From the NCBI RefSeq assembly GCF_009914755.1, contig NC_060947.1: a DNA stretch of 64,000 nucleotides. One strand, 5' to 3'. A program made the translations under genes and the position numbers. The stretch is from the human T2T-CHM13v2.0 reference genome, Homo sapiens. Below the pieces are notes generated by a model. That model searched no databases and was not told the origin of the DNA. It was given only the letters and a program-made list of their open reading frames with translations. This document shows, one piece after another, positions 1-13,109 of the stretch (positions are counted from its first letter, which is position 1; every line of letters begins with the position of its first letter).

Positions 1-230
1 AATGCTTCCATTTTTTCAGAAGAGAATAAAAGGCCCAGAATGGTAATGACTGTTACCAAGTCACGATGTAGCAAAATTGGTGTGTCACTTCTGACAGTTT
101 CTCTAACTCCCAAACCAATGCATATTTTGATAATTGCCCTCATTATTTCCTCAAATATACTTCCCTGTCAGAAAAAAATGATTATATATAAAATTAAATG
201 AGGAAAACTATTAATAATAAAATATCATGT

Positions 231-490
231 TGTCTTGGGTTGCCTTTTACCAGAAGTAGACCCTGAGCAAATTATTTGAGTGCCAGCAACTTATTTCGGA
301 GGTGATCCCAGGAAGCACAGCAAAGAAGTGAGTGAGACGGAGAAAAGAACACCAGTACAGTGTGAGTTTCATGAGCATGTCATCAGTGATAAAATGAGGT
401 TCAGTACCACTTGAGACCACTAGGAGAATGATTTGTCTCACCTGAGAAGCAAGAAAGGTAGGGTAGTTCCCACAAACTCCCATGTGTAAT
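231..490. mobile_element. Old ERVL-type LTR fragment (LTR16/LTR33-like)
   Basis: tgtcttgggtt...cagaagtagaccctgagcaa...tttgagtgc...ttatttcggaggtgatcccaggaagcac resembles the recalled terminus of old ERVL LTRs. Confidence 0.45.
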
Positions 491-2389
491 GTGTTAAGAA
501 CAATAATCATTATAATTAAATAATGGATTATTAACTATCACAACATTGTAGTTCTATTAGTCTGAGCCTTAATGCATACAGATTTTTGCAAACTTCATGG
601 AAGTTTCCATTTTATTTGAAATTAGTTTTTGATTAAAAATAATGGAACGCTCCTTCAATCAATTAAAAATATCAGCAGATCCATCTGCTTGGAAAATGAT
701 TCTTCCTGATGCTGGCTTCCATCCTACTGGTTGACATCATTACGTTGGGTTAAGCAGTGACATGGGTAATTGTTCTTAAAATGTGATCAATTCTCTTATT
801 CTCCCACACACTTTTGACCTGCATTTATTCTCTATCTTTGTTATATTAAAGATTGTCAATGTTTTCCCTTAATTTGACAGCACAAATGAATATCAACATG
901 GCACTATTGCCTCAAAATGGAAAAGGCAAAAAAGCAATCATGAATCACATGTTTCTTTAATATACAGTTACAGATTTTGAGTTCATTTCCACTTCTGATT
1001 GTGGTTATATCTTCCACCTTCCCTTTCCTTTCATGCCGTTTTATATTAAAGGTCAATATGTTCATTTATTAATTATGCAACAAGTGTCATGTTTACAATG
1101 TTTGTAAATGTAGTCACAGTATTTGATTTTCTTAATATAATAAAATTTATCCTCTGCTTTGGCTAATATAAGCCCACAAATGATCATTTCATTTTCTAAT
1201 AAATTAAAAGTATAATGTATACAATTGGATTCTGTCAGGCTTGATGTGTCTTTTAAACACAGCACATTAAATTCCACTATGTATAAAAAGGACTGTATAT
1301 AATGTCAATAGAGAATAAACAGAATTGCTACAAAAAGCATCGACATAAATGATTAAATATACATAGCTCTTGGCATGTGGCTTCCTGTTACACAGAATTG
1401 TGCTTTTTAATAATGGATAATTTCAAAACCAATTTGCTGGATACTTAATGCATCTTTGAGATTTTCCTTCCACAGAGAAGATTTAGGAGATTATAAAGTA
1501 ATTAATTTGTTCACTTCTTTATTAATTTTCTAATATCACAAAGCTATGCATTAGAAGGAAGTAGGTATTAACATCTCATATCATTTGATACATCCACTGA
1601 ATTCCTACGCTCTTTGCAGCCTCAAGGCACCTGTGTGCTGGCAGACTTTGCAGAGTACTACTGAAGTTGAGGCTGTAAACCAATCACGCATTTGCTCTGC
1701 TTTCATATTGCTGGCATTATACATCTGCTATTCGCCAACCCCAAATCCTTCAGTATGTAGTTCTCATTTTCTGATGAAAATTCAGTGGAAAAAATGGAAG
1801 TAGATATTTGCTTTTAATTTCAGGTATACTTTACAATAACCATGCTGCACAGTACAATTGGGTGATTGGTGAACTCCATCATTTTCTATTAGTGATGAAA
1901 CAAGACAAATGAAGAACCACATTTTTGCTTTGTGTTACTTTACCAATATGCCTGAATCCATGTACCTTATAAACGAAACTGTCAATTTACTCTTCTATTA
2001 TTTTAGGTGATGATTCCATTAAATTAAGACCTCTGGGGAGGTCATGTGTAAGTCACAAAGGAAATAGAGCCTTTAAAATACCATGTAGGGTAACTATCAT
2101 ACCATCATAACTAAATATCCCGACTTTTACGGTGTGAAATAGACAAAAATGGTAACTTGGGTCAACGCATTTCCCTAAACTGAATGAGGAGGAATCTTGA
2201 CAATAGTACTGCTCGTGTACTATGGTTAGTAATATTAGAGGGAAGAAGGATGCAATGGAAATGATGTCACCTTAGGACTCAAACAAATGTCTTACTGGCT
2301 GTGTAACTCATTACTACTTTAAGTTAAACTTGAGTAGCTCCCTCCAGAAGAGCTAAGCAAAGGGTAAAAAAAAAAAAAGAATAGAGAAT

Positions 2390-3040
2390 TCATGGCCCTC
2401 AGGCACTAATAGTTTATGAATAAATCAATAACCTGAAAAGTACATCACAGCAAAATAAGTGGTGAAACAAGTATTAGGAAGATTCTATGCACAGGGGTGC
2501 ATGATTCAGCCAAAAGTAAAGAAGAGGCACTAGCTACACTATTTTGGAGGATTATAAAGCATGTACCAAGTAAATATATGTGAATAAGAATTGTTTATGA
2601 CTGTGGGATGGAGTCAACATTTCCAAAGGCACATGAAAAGGAAGTGTGTTACAGTCAGAGAACTGTTTGTATGGCTAGGGTGAGGCATTCACATGGTGGA
2701 TATAAGATTAGACTGAGCACATGGCAGGGAAATTGTTGTAAAGTACCTTCTCTTCATGCAAGTTATTTGAATTATAATCTATAAATAATATAAAGCCACC
2801 TGTGGACTTTAAGCAGTGGAATAACTTATTAAGTTTTGTCTTTGAGAGAGATAAGCCTAGCAGCCTTGTGAAGGGTAAACTGGAGAGAAGCAAGAAGGAA
2901 GGTACATTAGGAAGCTATCAGTGTATTCGAAGTCAGATATGGGGATCTAAACTAAGGTGGTGACTGTCAGGAGATATGGAGGGGGGATGGCAGAGCTAAA
3001 AGAAATTTAGGATACAAATAGGAGAAATTAGTTACATGGC
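2390..3040 (-). mobile_element. L2 LINE fragment
   Basis: Purine-rich L2 antisense motifs (ttaggaagctatcagtgta...ctaaactaaggtggtgactg...ggagat), highly diverged. Confidence 0.5.
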
Positions 3041-3899
3041 TCTCTATAAAGAGGAAATAAGACTTCCTACCTTGCTTACCTCATATGGTTCCTATGTGAA
3101 TAAATTAAACTTGAAAGTATTTTGTTAATTTTAAAGCTTTATACATTTAAGGAATTAAGATTATCAAGTACTTATGAATTAAATGTACTTGTTTTATTGA
3201 CATTCCTATTTGTTCACATACAGTGAAACAACTATAAACATTTGCTTCACTTACTCCTTAAGAGGAAAGTAGCATGCTAGGTAACTCATCTGGATTTAAA
3301 TTTCTAAGTGGAAGTACTATTGAGTATCTACTCTGCATGAAGCTAGGGAAGTGTGGCAAGGGGACTCTAGCCAAGGACTAGAAGATAGAGAGACTGAGAG
3401 CAAGTTGTTTCTCAGGCATCTGTGGAATGCTTCTCCAATGAACAAGAAAGAGAAAGAAATATTTGGAACTAAAATATGCATGAGAAGTAATCAACCTTGG
3501 AATAGGTTGCTAAAAAGAATTAAAAGATTCTTATAATAAGTTCAGTCTCTAAATGCAAGAAAAGTTTAGTAATAATCTGGTCTCTGGATATTAACTCACC
3601 TAATCCGTATTTAGGTTGCACATGAATAAGAGTTCCGTATTTAGAAAATTGTATTTATTCAATACAATGAATAAAATCAAGGCCAACGAAGTGACTTCTC
3701 TAATTACCGTTTTGGAAAAAAAAGATACAGAAAATGAATTATTTAATGATATTGGAAAAAGAGGTTATCCCTAAGACCTATGTATGGCAGAAGAACTAAA
3801 GGCAGGTAGTGACCCAAATCTGTATCACTAACTCAATTTCCTTCCAAGCAGGTACAGAAGTAGATCATGGAAGGAGTGAAATGCATAGAATCTTATAAA

Positions 3900-4085
3900 G
3901 ATCTGGTTCTGATTAGAGCTGTTTCACAAGTAGCTTAATCTCACTTAGGCTCAGCTTCTAGATCTATAAACTAGGCATAATAAAACATTTTGGCGGGGGT
4001 TGTTCCAAAGATTAGCTAAAATAACGCATGAACTGCACCTAGCATGTTAAAAATAAATAGTAAATATTAATGTACTAGTAATTAT
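3900..4085 (+). mobile_element. MIR SINE fragment
   Basis: caagtagcttaatctc...ctcagcttctagatctataaactaggcataataa...aagattagctaaaataacgcatg, MIR core. Confidence 0.55.
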
Positions 4086-4297
4086 GTTTTGTAAACTAAA
4101 TTTTATCTCACTAAAAGAAAGTATTGTAAAATTTATGTTGTTCTTCATCCACTATAGAAAATGAAAACTTTTTGAATTAGAACCAAATTTGGAATGGGAA
4201 CATCCAAGTAATAAGAATAAATGTGAAAAGAAACTGAATATAATAATAAAGTTATGAAAGAGGAAAAATAAAATCTGATGCCGAAAAGAACATATAG

Positions 4298-4607
<310 letters not shown>

Positions 4608-5014
4608 CATACAGGTTTAAATATTGCATGGCCATGCTATACAACAGTTTGTTAGCTGAAGATATTTTTGTTCACAAAATCAATGAGATTAATCACGCAT
4701 CACTCTATACTTGCTATTAAAATTACTATGTCACGCATTTTGTGGCCTTCCAAAAGAGACAAGGAGTTTGAGTCACAGTATTAGACAAGACTAAAGACCC
4801 TACATGGTTTACTAGAAAAAAACCCTTTACTTCAGTGTCAGGAGACTTTTATTACGTATCTGGCCTTACTACTAACTGGAAGAAACTTAAAAGAAATGAC
4901 AATTTCTCTATAAGTCACACTTTCCTCATCTTTCAAACTAAGATATGGGACTAAATATTCTTTAATGGTCTCCGGGTTTTGAAATTCTAAGTTCCTATAA
5001 AAGATATCTGTCTA

Positions 5015-6040
5015 GATGTTTGCAACACATACAATAAATGTAGGGACCATATAAAAATGTAAAGATCTCATACCTATAAAAACCAAAATTGTAAATCAAT
5101 AGAAAAATGAGCATGAGATTAGAAAAGTGCACTTTTATATATTTGTGTTATAGTTCAGTAAAACATTTTAAAAATCAAGTTGATAGAATTACTTTCTTTA
5201 ATCTACAAAGGGAAATTACTAATGAAAGTTGGGAGGAAATGTTATCCTTACTATAGATAACATCCACATGAGCAATAAACACAAAAAATGGTTCTCAAAT
5301 TAATTAGTCACTAGAAAAAAATGGAAATGAGAAACACAATGAGATACTATAGTATAACAGCCAGAAAGGCTGAAATTAAAGACTAATAATGCTAAGCATT
5401 GACATGTCCAGAACTTCTATAAAGTAATGATGGTTCTTTGTTTACCTACCTTGAAAAACTACGTGGCATTTTCAACTAAAGATGAGTATTTCACTATTCT
5501 ATGACCTAATAATTCTACTTCTTGGCACATAACAGAACTACATGCATATGTGCAGTAAATTTGCAAGAATATTCAAAGTGGAATTATTTTTAAGAGTTCA
5601 CAAATGGAATCAATTTAAATGTTCATCCAGAGTAGATGGAATAAGTAAATTATAGGACATTTATATGATGGCATACTACACAACACTGAAAATTATGGGA
5701 CCACAACTACAAGAAACAAATTAGATAGATCTCACAAACAGAATGTTGAGATTTAGGAGCCAGAAACAAAAGAGTACAGCTGTATGGCTTCAAGTACATA
5801 TATTTCAGGAACTGTCTGTCCTAATCAATGGTGTGTTAGATGTCAGTATTCCACTTACCTCTGGGAGAGTATTGACTAGGAAGTGGTAAGACAAAGTTTT
5901 TGGATGCTGGTAATATTCTTTTCTTGCCTTGAGTAATTACTGGGGTGTGCCCAATCTGTGAAAATTCATGAAGCTGGACACCTATTGATTTGTGAACTTT
6001 TATATATTCGTGTTATAGTTCAGTAAAATGTTTTAAAAAT
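5015..6040 (+). mobile_element. L1ME-type 3' fragment (end of ORF2 plus 3'UTR), interrupted by a templated insertion
   Basis: aaatgagaaacacaatgagatact..., gatgctggtaatattcttttcttg...gtgaaaattcatgaagctg...ttatagttcagtaaaa old-L1 3' end. Confidence 0.75.
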
Positions 6041-6149
6041 CAAGGAGGACAGAAATACTTTCCTTAATCTATAAAGGGAAATTACTAATGAATGTTGGGA
6101 GGAATTTTTCTTTGCCTTTAGCCTATATATCTAAGTTACTTCAGCGAGT

Positions 6150-6250
6150 CAGAGATATAAATAGATATATAGATAAATATATACATATATGTGTATATAT
6201 GCATATCTATATATGTCAGAAGAAGGGAGAGAGAAAGAGGAGAGAGAGAG
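6150..6250. repeat. (TA)n/(GA)n low-complexity tract
   Basis: atatatagataaatatatacatatat...gagagagagag seen directly. Confidence 0.8.
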
Positions 6251-7129
6251 ACTTTTTTCGATAATTAAATTCTTTAGAAAATGTACTGCTTGAGAGAGAA
6301 TGACTTTCTGGATGATTCGATTCTTCAGAAAATATCTTGTTTACCTGTCTCTTTTTAATTTCCTAGGAGGAGTTGGGTGTGAGGCTGGAGATCAATTAAA
6401 TTGGAAGATGTTGAAATTGGATAAAACCTTACGGATTATCTAACACAATTTCTTATTGTTACAGGTTTATTTGGCAATAGATCTATTCTATCTGAGATGT
6501 TATCCTTTCAGCCCTCCTTTGTAACCTCTGAGGTCTGATTCTGTGATTAATTTAACTTTATACATGAGTGAAACATTTTCAGGTAGCTTCTAATTAAAGA
6601 GTGTTAGACATTGAGATAAAATATGACAAGGTCTCTAAAGATAGCATAGGAAAAAGTTTCCAGGGATAGACGTACATAAACTACCAATGGGAGGTAACTG
6701 TTTTCAAATCCTCCTGAAAGTTTGCATGGTCATGCTCATGCTAGCTTTAATCATATTTAATATCATTGTATGCAACTGGCTTTTAGACCAGCCTAGACAT
6801 TTTCCTTCTAGGTTTGATTCCAGTGAAGATGAGCAACAGGTGGAAGGCATGCTCCTTTTTATTTCAAGTGACACTTCAAATATGTCGCTTTACCCTTTAC
6901 TTTGAATTACTATTTTTCACTGGATTTGCTTTCTTTCTGTTCAGTTATCATTTTGCTCTTTGATGGACTTGCCAGTTTTTCCACATCACTCACACTAGGA
7001 ACTCCGGAAACCTCTAGCTCAGTCCTAAGTCAGCTTTACTGTCTGGGTTCACAGTTGCTGTTGCTCTCTGCTTAGCTATTCACTGTAAATATTTTTCTCT
7101 TCTCATCCACATAAACCACGTTCGTCTCT

Positions 7130-7220
7130 AAATTCCTCAGGGACTGTATCTTAGTCATCTTGCTCTAGCACAGAGCCTGGCAGTTAGAATTTATCAATAA
7201 ATATTTGTTGGATGAATGAA
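7130..7220 (+). mobile_element. L2 3' end
   Basis: ctagcacagagcctggca...tcaataaatatttgttggatgaatgaa, typical L2 terminus. Confidence 0.7.
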
Positions 7221-10200
7221 AAGCAGCAGAAACAACCTTTCATTTCAGTTGGTGGGCTCTAATCCTGTCTGGATGACCTAATGGAGAAATAGACTCTGTT
7301 TCCTGCCACTGTGGCCACCAAAACCAGCCCATGAATGGGTCAGCAGCCAAAGGGAGAGGAACCTGAGATTCCTACTCACTAATGTGTCCATCACATGCAG
7401 GCTTTTACTTAATCTCCTTTTTACACTTGTCATAGAACATAAATGAGTCCCACATCTCCCCTAAAACCCATACAATTTCAGGTTAGCATTAGTGTCACTT
7501 TCAATAATCCAGCTTATTGTTGCTGGACCGAACAATTCTACTTATAGCATGTATAAAAGAAATCTGTACTAGTAAAAACAGACTATGATGGTCCTTATCA
7601 CATTTTATCCTGGGAGTGTTATAATCAGTTGTAACAATGTCATGACCAGAGCTGAATGATGCTGATAAGTTTATTTTCCCTTAGCTCTTTGTATTCATAA
7701 CCCTGTCTTCAAATTGCAACATAATGTCAATATTTCTTCTGGAAATTTGATAAGCACCATCCATTTACCTTCAGGTGTACATTGACAGCAATTAATCTCT
7801 GCGTACCACCTACGTTTCCAGTTGTCATCCTGTACCTCCTCTATAAACGTTTGCTCAAAAGAACATCTCAGTTTTACTTTTGTCTAGACAATATTTTTAC
7901 CCATTTGCTTATTTACTGCAGTGCACTTTAGGCTGTAACCCCAAAGCTCAAGAAAATAAGTTTTTTGGAAGCCAGTCATGTTAGGCATATAATTTATATG
8001 TTTATAATTTAAGTCATCTTTTCAAAAGTAGTATATATATTGAATATTTAAAGTATTCTTGTTTTATTCAGATGTCACATTTTATATTGCAATTAGTATC
8101 TATAGGTCAAAATGTATGGAGTTATAAAAAAGGTTTTCTTTAAAAAATTTGCTTTCCAACACTATCAAAGGAGACACTGAAACATTACAGCTAACTTGAG
8201 TTTTTTCATTTAATTTAAAGATAGTGTGAACAGGTACTGAAGACACTGTCTTACATTTTACTAATATCTATATAGAGTGGATTAAATTTGTGAAAACATA
8301 TATCTGCACAGAGTCTATAAATTTCTCAAGGTCAGAAAATAAACCATAAAAAGATTTAATTCCTCTAAAGCTTTAAGCATGCTAACATTTGTTAACTTGA
8401 TCTTATAAAATGACATTTGAGATGTGTTTATCTTCCAACCTAAAATATTAATTTTTATTGATCAGGTTATAAGTTTTTGCTTACTTGCAATAACTTTATT
8501 ATTTTTTCTGTTGACCCTAACATATAACAAATGAAGACATGTGCAGATATAACATGTTAAGAAGATAAATAAAACATCAACACTCATGTTAACACTGCAA
8601 ATACACATGAGAGCTTTATACTAAGACGGCCATCTCCTCCCTCTGACTTATATTTTCCTGAAGGACATTTACATAGCATAAATATTTTAAAGACTTTTGG
8701 CTATTTGATGACACCTTGAACATATACTTTGAATCTAAGGGAAAGGAGAGTCATATTTATCTCCTTTCTAAAACAATTCAAATGTGATGTGTCCCTATTT
8801 GCTAAGCTGAAAGTAAGATGAAGTCAAATAAATGGAAAATCAAATATTTTTAAACTTCTAGGAGCTTTTTGTTTGCTTTTTTGTTATTTTAATAAGAGAA
8901 ACAAAGTAAAACATGTAAAAACACAAACTCTCACCCAGCATCCTCTTACGAAATACCCAATTTTCAAATAAGCAGTACTATTTGCTCTATTTATTACTGG
9001 TCTTTAAGAGAAATAGACCTAAAAAAGAACATCTTGGAAGGCTAGTGTACTTTCATAATTCCCTGAGAAGCTCAGTGATTATGAGTAATGTGAACCAGAG
9101 TTCAATATTCTTACCCTTGGAATCAGGAAAAAGAAAGTCCTTTAAAAGATCAAGATCTTTGATAGCAGTAACAAGAACTAAATTTGCCAGGGGTAGAGCC
9201 GTCCTCTTACCAATTTCAGGCAAGAAGCAATCTTTTCTTGAGTAGCGAAAGGCAAGCCAACTAAAGAAAAAATCTGTGTGACTTCAATTACATAAAATTG
9301 ACTAGATGGTTAAAAAACAATACTTTCACAGAATTTTTTCTTTCTGTAAAACTTTACTTGTATGTTGGTTCTTATTTCATTCAGAGATATATTAAGAGCA
9401 AATGAAATTGTGAAATTATTTTCAAATACACAAAAAAAGCTCCCCCACGACAACTTTTTCTCAATTGCCTCTTTTGCCTTTCCTCAGTTTTATAGTCTTC
9501 AGTGGGTCTCCCTCATTGCTCCATATTCCTAAGCCAACAGGAAGAATTTCTTTCAGACCCTTAAGCCTTGTGTCTGTTACCATAGAGACAGGCATCACAA
9601 AGTAGCTGCTCAGGAACATCCTCATGGAAATACAATAAGAATCCTATGGGTTTTACAGGAATTTCCAGCGCTACCAGTGAGCAGAAATTATATCTTTCCC
9701 TAGAAAAAAAATGTGGGGATTTTAGTTGCACATTATGGAACTATGGAGATTGTAATATTTGGTGGTAAATTCAGAATCCCTCAGCTTTATGCTTAGAATT
9801 TGATTATAGTTTCTCCTATGACATGAAAAAAAATCCCTTCTCATATCCCTATGTTCAGGAAAATATAAATAACTCATTGCTAATTCTTAAATTTAGCATG
9901 TCTTATCAATCATTTACTAAAACCCTTAACTGTTCTTTTATAGTGCAGTGCATTTGTTTTATCTTGATCCCTTCTAGAACATATTTGATCAAGAACACAC
10001 TCATAATGTTATAAAAGTAAGTCTCTAAAACTGCAATTCCAAAGCTGCTGAGAGAGTCTATAAACCCACGAAGAGAGAAGAGGGTAGCTGCAAGAAGAAA
10101 ATTCCACTCACTTTACCTTGTTTTCCATTGACTTTCACCCTTTCTGTAAGTCTACTGAAATCATACACTAACGGAAAAGCAGCAATAAAAATAACAGAAT

Positions 10201-10532
10201 CCTACCAAATAGGTAAATTCAGCAAGATTAATGGAGTCAAACTAGGCAGATATTATATATAAGTCAATGATTGCAGAGACTTCAATTTTTTATGGAAACA
10301 TTAAATAAACATTCCTCAACAAGTAAATTATCTCAATAGACTAACAGCCAAATGAAACCATCTTTATCTGTTAGGCTGCATATTTGAACTACTTTTCCAA
10401 GTCTCTAGTACTTAAGTAGTATGGGTGGTTACAATTTCTGTTTATGGTATAGAACTGTTATTTAACTGTTACATTGCTTGTTTAGATACTTGAGTCAATA
10501 AGCAAAAAACAAAATTTCTTTATAGTCTAGAG

Positions 10533-10840
10533 ATGAGGTGAGCAAACTTTTCCTATCGAGGGCCAGATAGTAAATATTCCTGCTTTGTGGCCCACATGGT
10601 CTCTGTCATAAGTACTCAACTGTGTTTTAGCATGAAAGGAGTCCTATATAGCATATAAACAAATAAATGGGTGTGGCTGTCTTCCAAATAAACTATAGAC
10701 TCTTAAATTGAAATTTTATATAATCTCATGTGTCAGAAATATTCTTGAAATGAAACAATTCAGAAACGTGAAAACCATTTTAAATGACTGGTCAAACAGT
10801 AATAGATGTGACAATGTGGACTATCATTTACTGACCCCTA
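10533..10840 (+). mobile_element. MER58B hAT-Charlie MITE
   Basis: gcaaacttttcc...agggccagatagtaaatatt...ggtctctgtc...actcaact..., internal MER58B segment, ends tgaccccta; degenerate 8-bp TSD gtctagag/gcctggat. Confidence 0.8.
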
Positions 10841-10939
10841 GCCTGGATGATGCGAGTGGAGTAGTAGAGACCCTCAGAGAAATAAATGTCTAAAAAAAAG
10901 AACATGTTTTTAAAAGAAATGATTGGACTCACAGATTCT

Positions 10940-12080
10940 TAGTTAAAAATTATCTCAGACATCTTCTTCAATTTCCATTTAGTGCAGAAACTCCATTCTT
11001 AGCACTGAACACTTTAGGAATAAGGAGTGCAGTGTCTCACAAAGTAATCAATTCTCTGCTCACAACATTAACTGGAAGAATACTTTTCCATTGCTACCAA
11101 AGAGGTGCAAGTGAGTCTAAACCCTCTTCTGCATTATAGCACATCGAATATTTGAAATCAGCTTAATTTTCTCTACTTTTTTCCTTCAAGTATTCTTCAA
11201 CTTTTCACTTTTCTAGTACTTTCCATGCCCCTCAAATGTTATAGTTTGTAGGACCTTTTAGCATTCAGACACTTTTCACTGAACATACCCCCAAATGTTA
11301 AGGTTCCTCTTAGATCATGGTGTCCTTCTAAAATATGTATATATTACCACATATAATATATACATATACCATACCTATCATATATATACACACACACACC
11401 ATTATATCATATATATCCTTCTAAAATTCGTTCTCATTTTTTTCATTTCCTTTTTCAGGATACATGTCTAACAATATTACTTTGTTTCATTGTATTTTGA
11501 TGTCATATGAATTATGACTGATAATAATGATGACCAACAAAATCAGTAAGATTTATTCAATTAATTATTACTAAGCTTTAACTCTCTCATGTCCTGTACT
11601 TGCCAGATTGATTTTATGAACCTTAGCTTAGGATGTTATACTTATTCCTATTACAATTATTCTCTTTGACCTCACCACAGTTTTTAGGTGGTCATAATCC
11701 TTTGGTACCCTAATAGTTCAATGTATTTGTTCTGCTTCCCAGATAGACAGGCTATCTGGATCGTCCTTCAGTTTTTGGACATTAATATTTCACAGGCCAA
11801 GTAGGTTCAAGAACAGAGACATAAGGCACATTACAGAAGATTAGGTTCAAGTCAGATGGAACCAATTTTATAGAACTATGCTATAGTCCTGTGAAAGGCC
11901 CTCTTCCTGGTTTACTGTGATTCATTAATTGATACATCACAGGCAGGGTCATTTAGCCAGCTGATTTATTGACCAGACTCTTATGTCAAACAGCAAATAT
12001 TTCTCCATTTTCACCATATGGGCATCATAAAAATCTTTACCAAAGTCCATGCTATAATCAAGATAACTAGCCATATTACA
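10940..12080 (-). mobile_element. CR1/L3 LINE fragments
   Basis: Degenerate L3-like antisense motifs (gtcctgtacttg...gatttt...gaacctt, gggtcatttagccagctg, atctttaccaaagtccatgctataatcaagata). Confidence 0.45.
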
Positions 12081-12364
12081 TACTTTTCAGATAACATTGG
12101 AGAATCACAGCATATATTATCTTTGCACTCTTTCTAAACCATCTCACCTTCTTCAGGAATTGTCAGTTACTCCCAGTGAAGAAAAAATATTGCATATTTT
12201 TCTGGAAAAATATTTCCAGTTTTAAGTAATTATTTACTCTCCACAATCTAATTATGGACTTTCCTTCCTATTTTTCACTTTAGTTTATTAACTCCAGGAC
12301 CAACTAAAATATTGTCGTGGCTTTCTCTTTTTAAACAGTTCTGACTTTTTTTTTTTTCCAAAGC

Positions 12365-12388
12365 GTGTGTGTGTGTGTGTGTGTGTGT
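12365..12388. repeat. (GT)12 microsatellite
   Basis: Direct observation. Confidence 0.95.
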
Positions 12389-13090
12389 ATGCACATGCTT
12401 AAGTGGTTTGTTTTTATTTGCTTTTTCCTTCTTAAAAGATGGATTATATGAGAATGGGAGGATAATAGGATGGAGCAAGCTTCTCAGGCAAAACATTTCA
12501 AAGCATATTTCTTAACCGATAGTGTCTTCCCCTGCTCATCTTTCTGAAGAGCAACACCTGAGAGGCAGCTACTCTAGCTCATGTGGGAAATTTCACTTGA
12601 CAGTCTTATCACAAAAAGAGAAATAAGGGAGATTTTTTTACTTAAAAAATAATGATGCTCAATAAAATTTTTACCTAAAAGAGATAAATAATTGTTTTAG
12701 AATATAAATGCCTTAGAGAAAACAATCTGAGTTTGAGAGAATTGGGGAAAACTCACATAGATTTATAAAAGTCACTAATTCTGGATTTAAAAATATATTA
12801 AAATGTTTGCAGTCTATTTCATTGTGTCCCACTTCTCTTTCACACCTTCTATTTTTATGCATTTCTCCTTCATCGTTTTTTCTTCCTTAAAGCACTTCAG
12901 AAGACACAGGATTAAGCAATTGGGATTTGAAGACTTCACGTGGTCTCATCACTCTGCAGGCTGACCCTGTTTTAGAGCAAGAAATATTGGCAGACATTTC
13001 CAGCTCTTACAATGCATTTATCAATAAGGGTTTGCCTGCTCTTCAGGTGCGTGGCATATAGACTTTACGATTTCATTAATAATCAACAGC

Positions 13091-13109
13091 TGGTGCCACC
13101 TAGCGTCTG
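13091..13109 (-). promoter_or_regulatory. Candidate CTCF binding site
   Basis: Minus strand cagacgctaggtggcacca matches the CTCF core CCASYAGRKGGCRS closely; lies in repeat-free sequence. Confidence 0.5.

Noticed and set aside
6350-6480. Polypyrimidine-AG acceptor-like sites (also near 2005) suggesting exons
   Set aside because: No matching donor or open coding frame could be supported; such motifs are common in AT-rich DNA.
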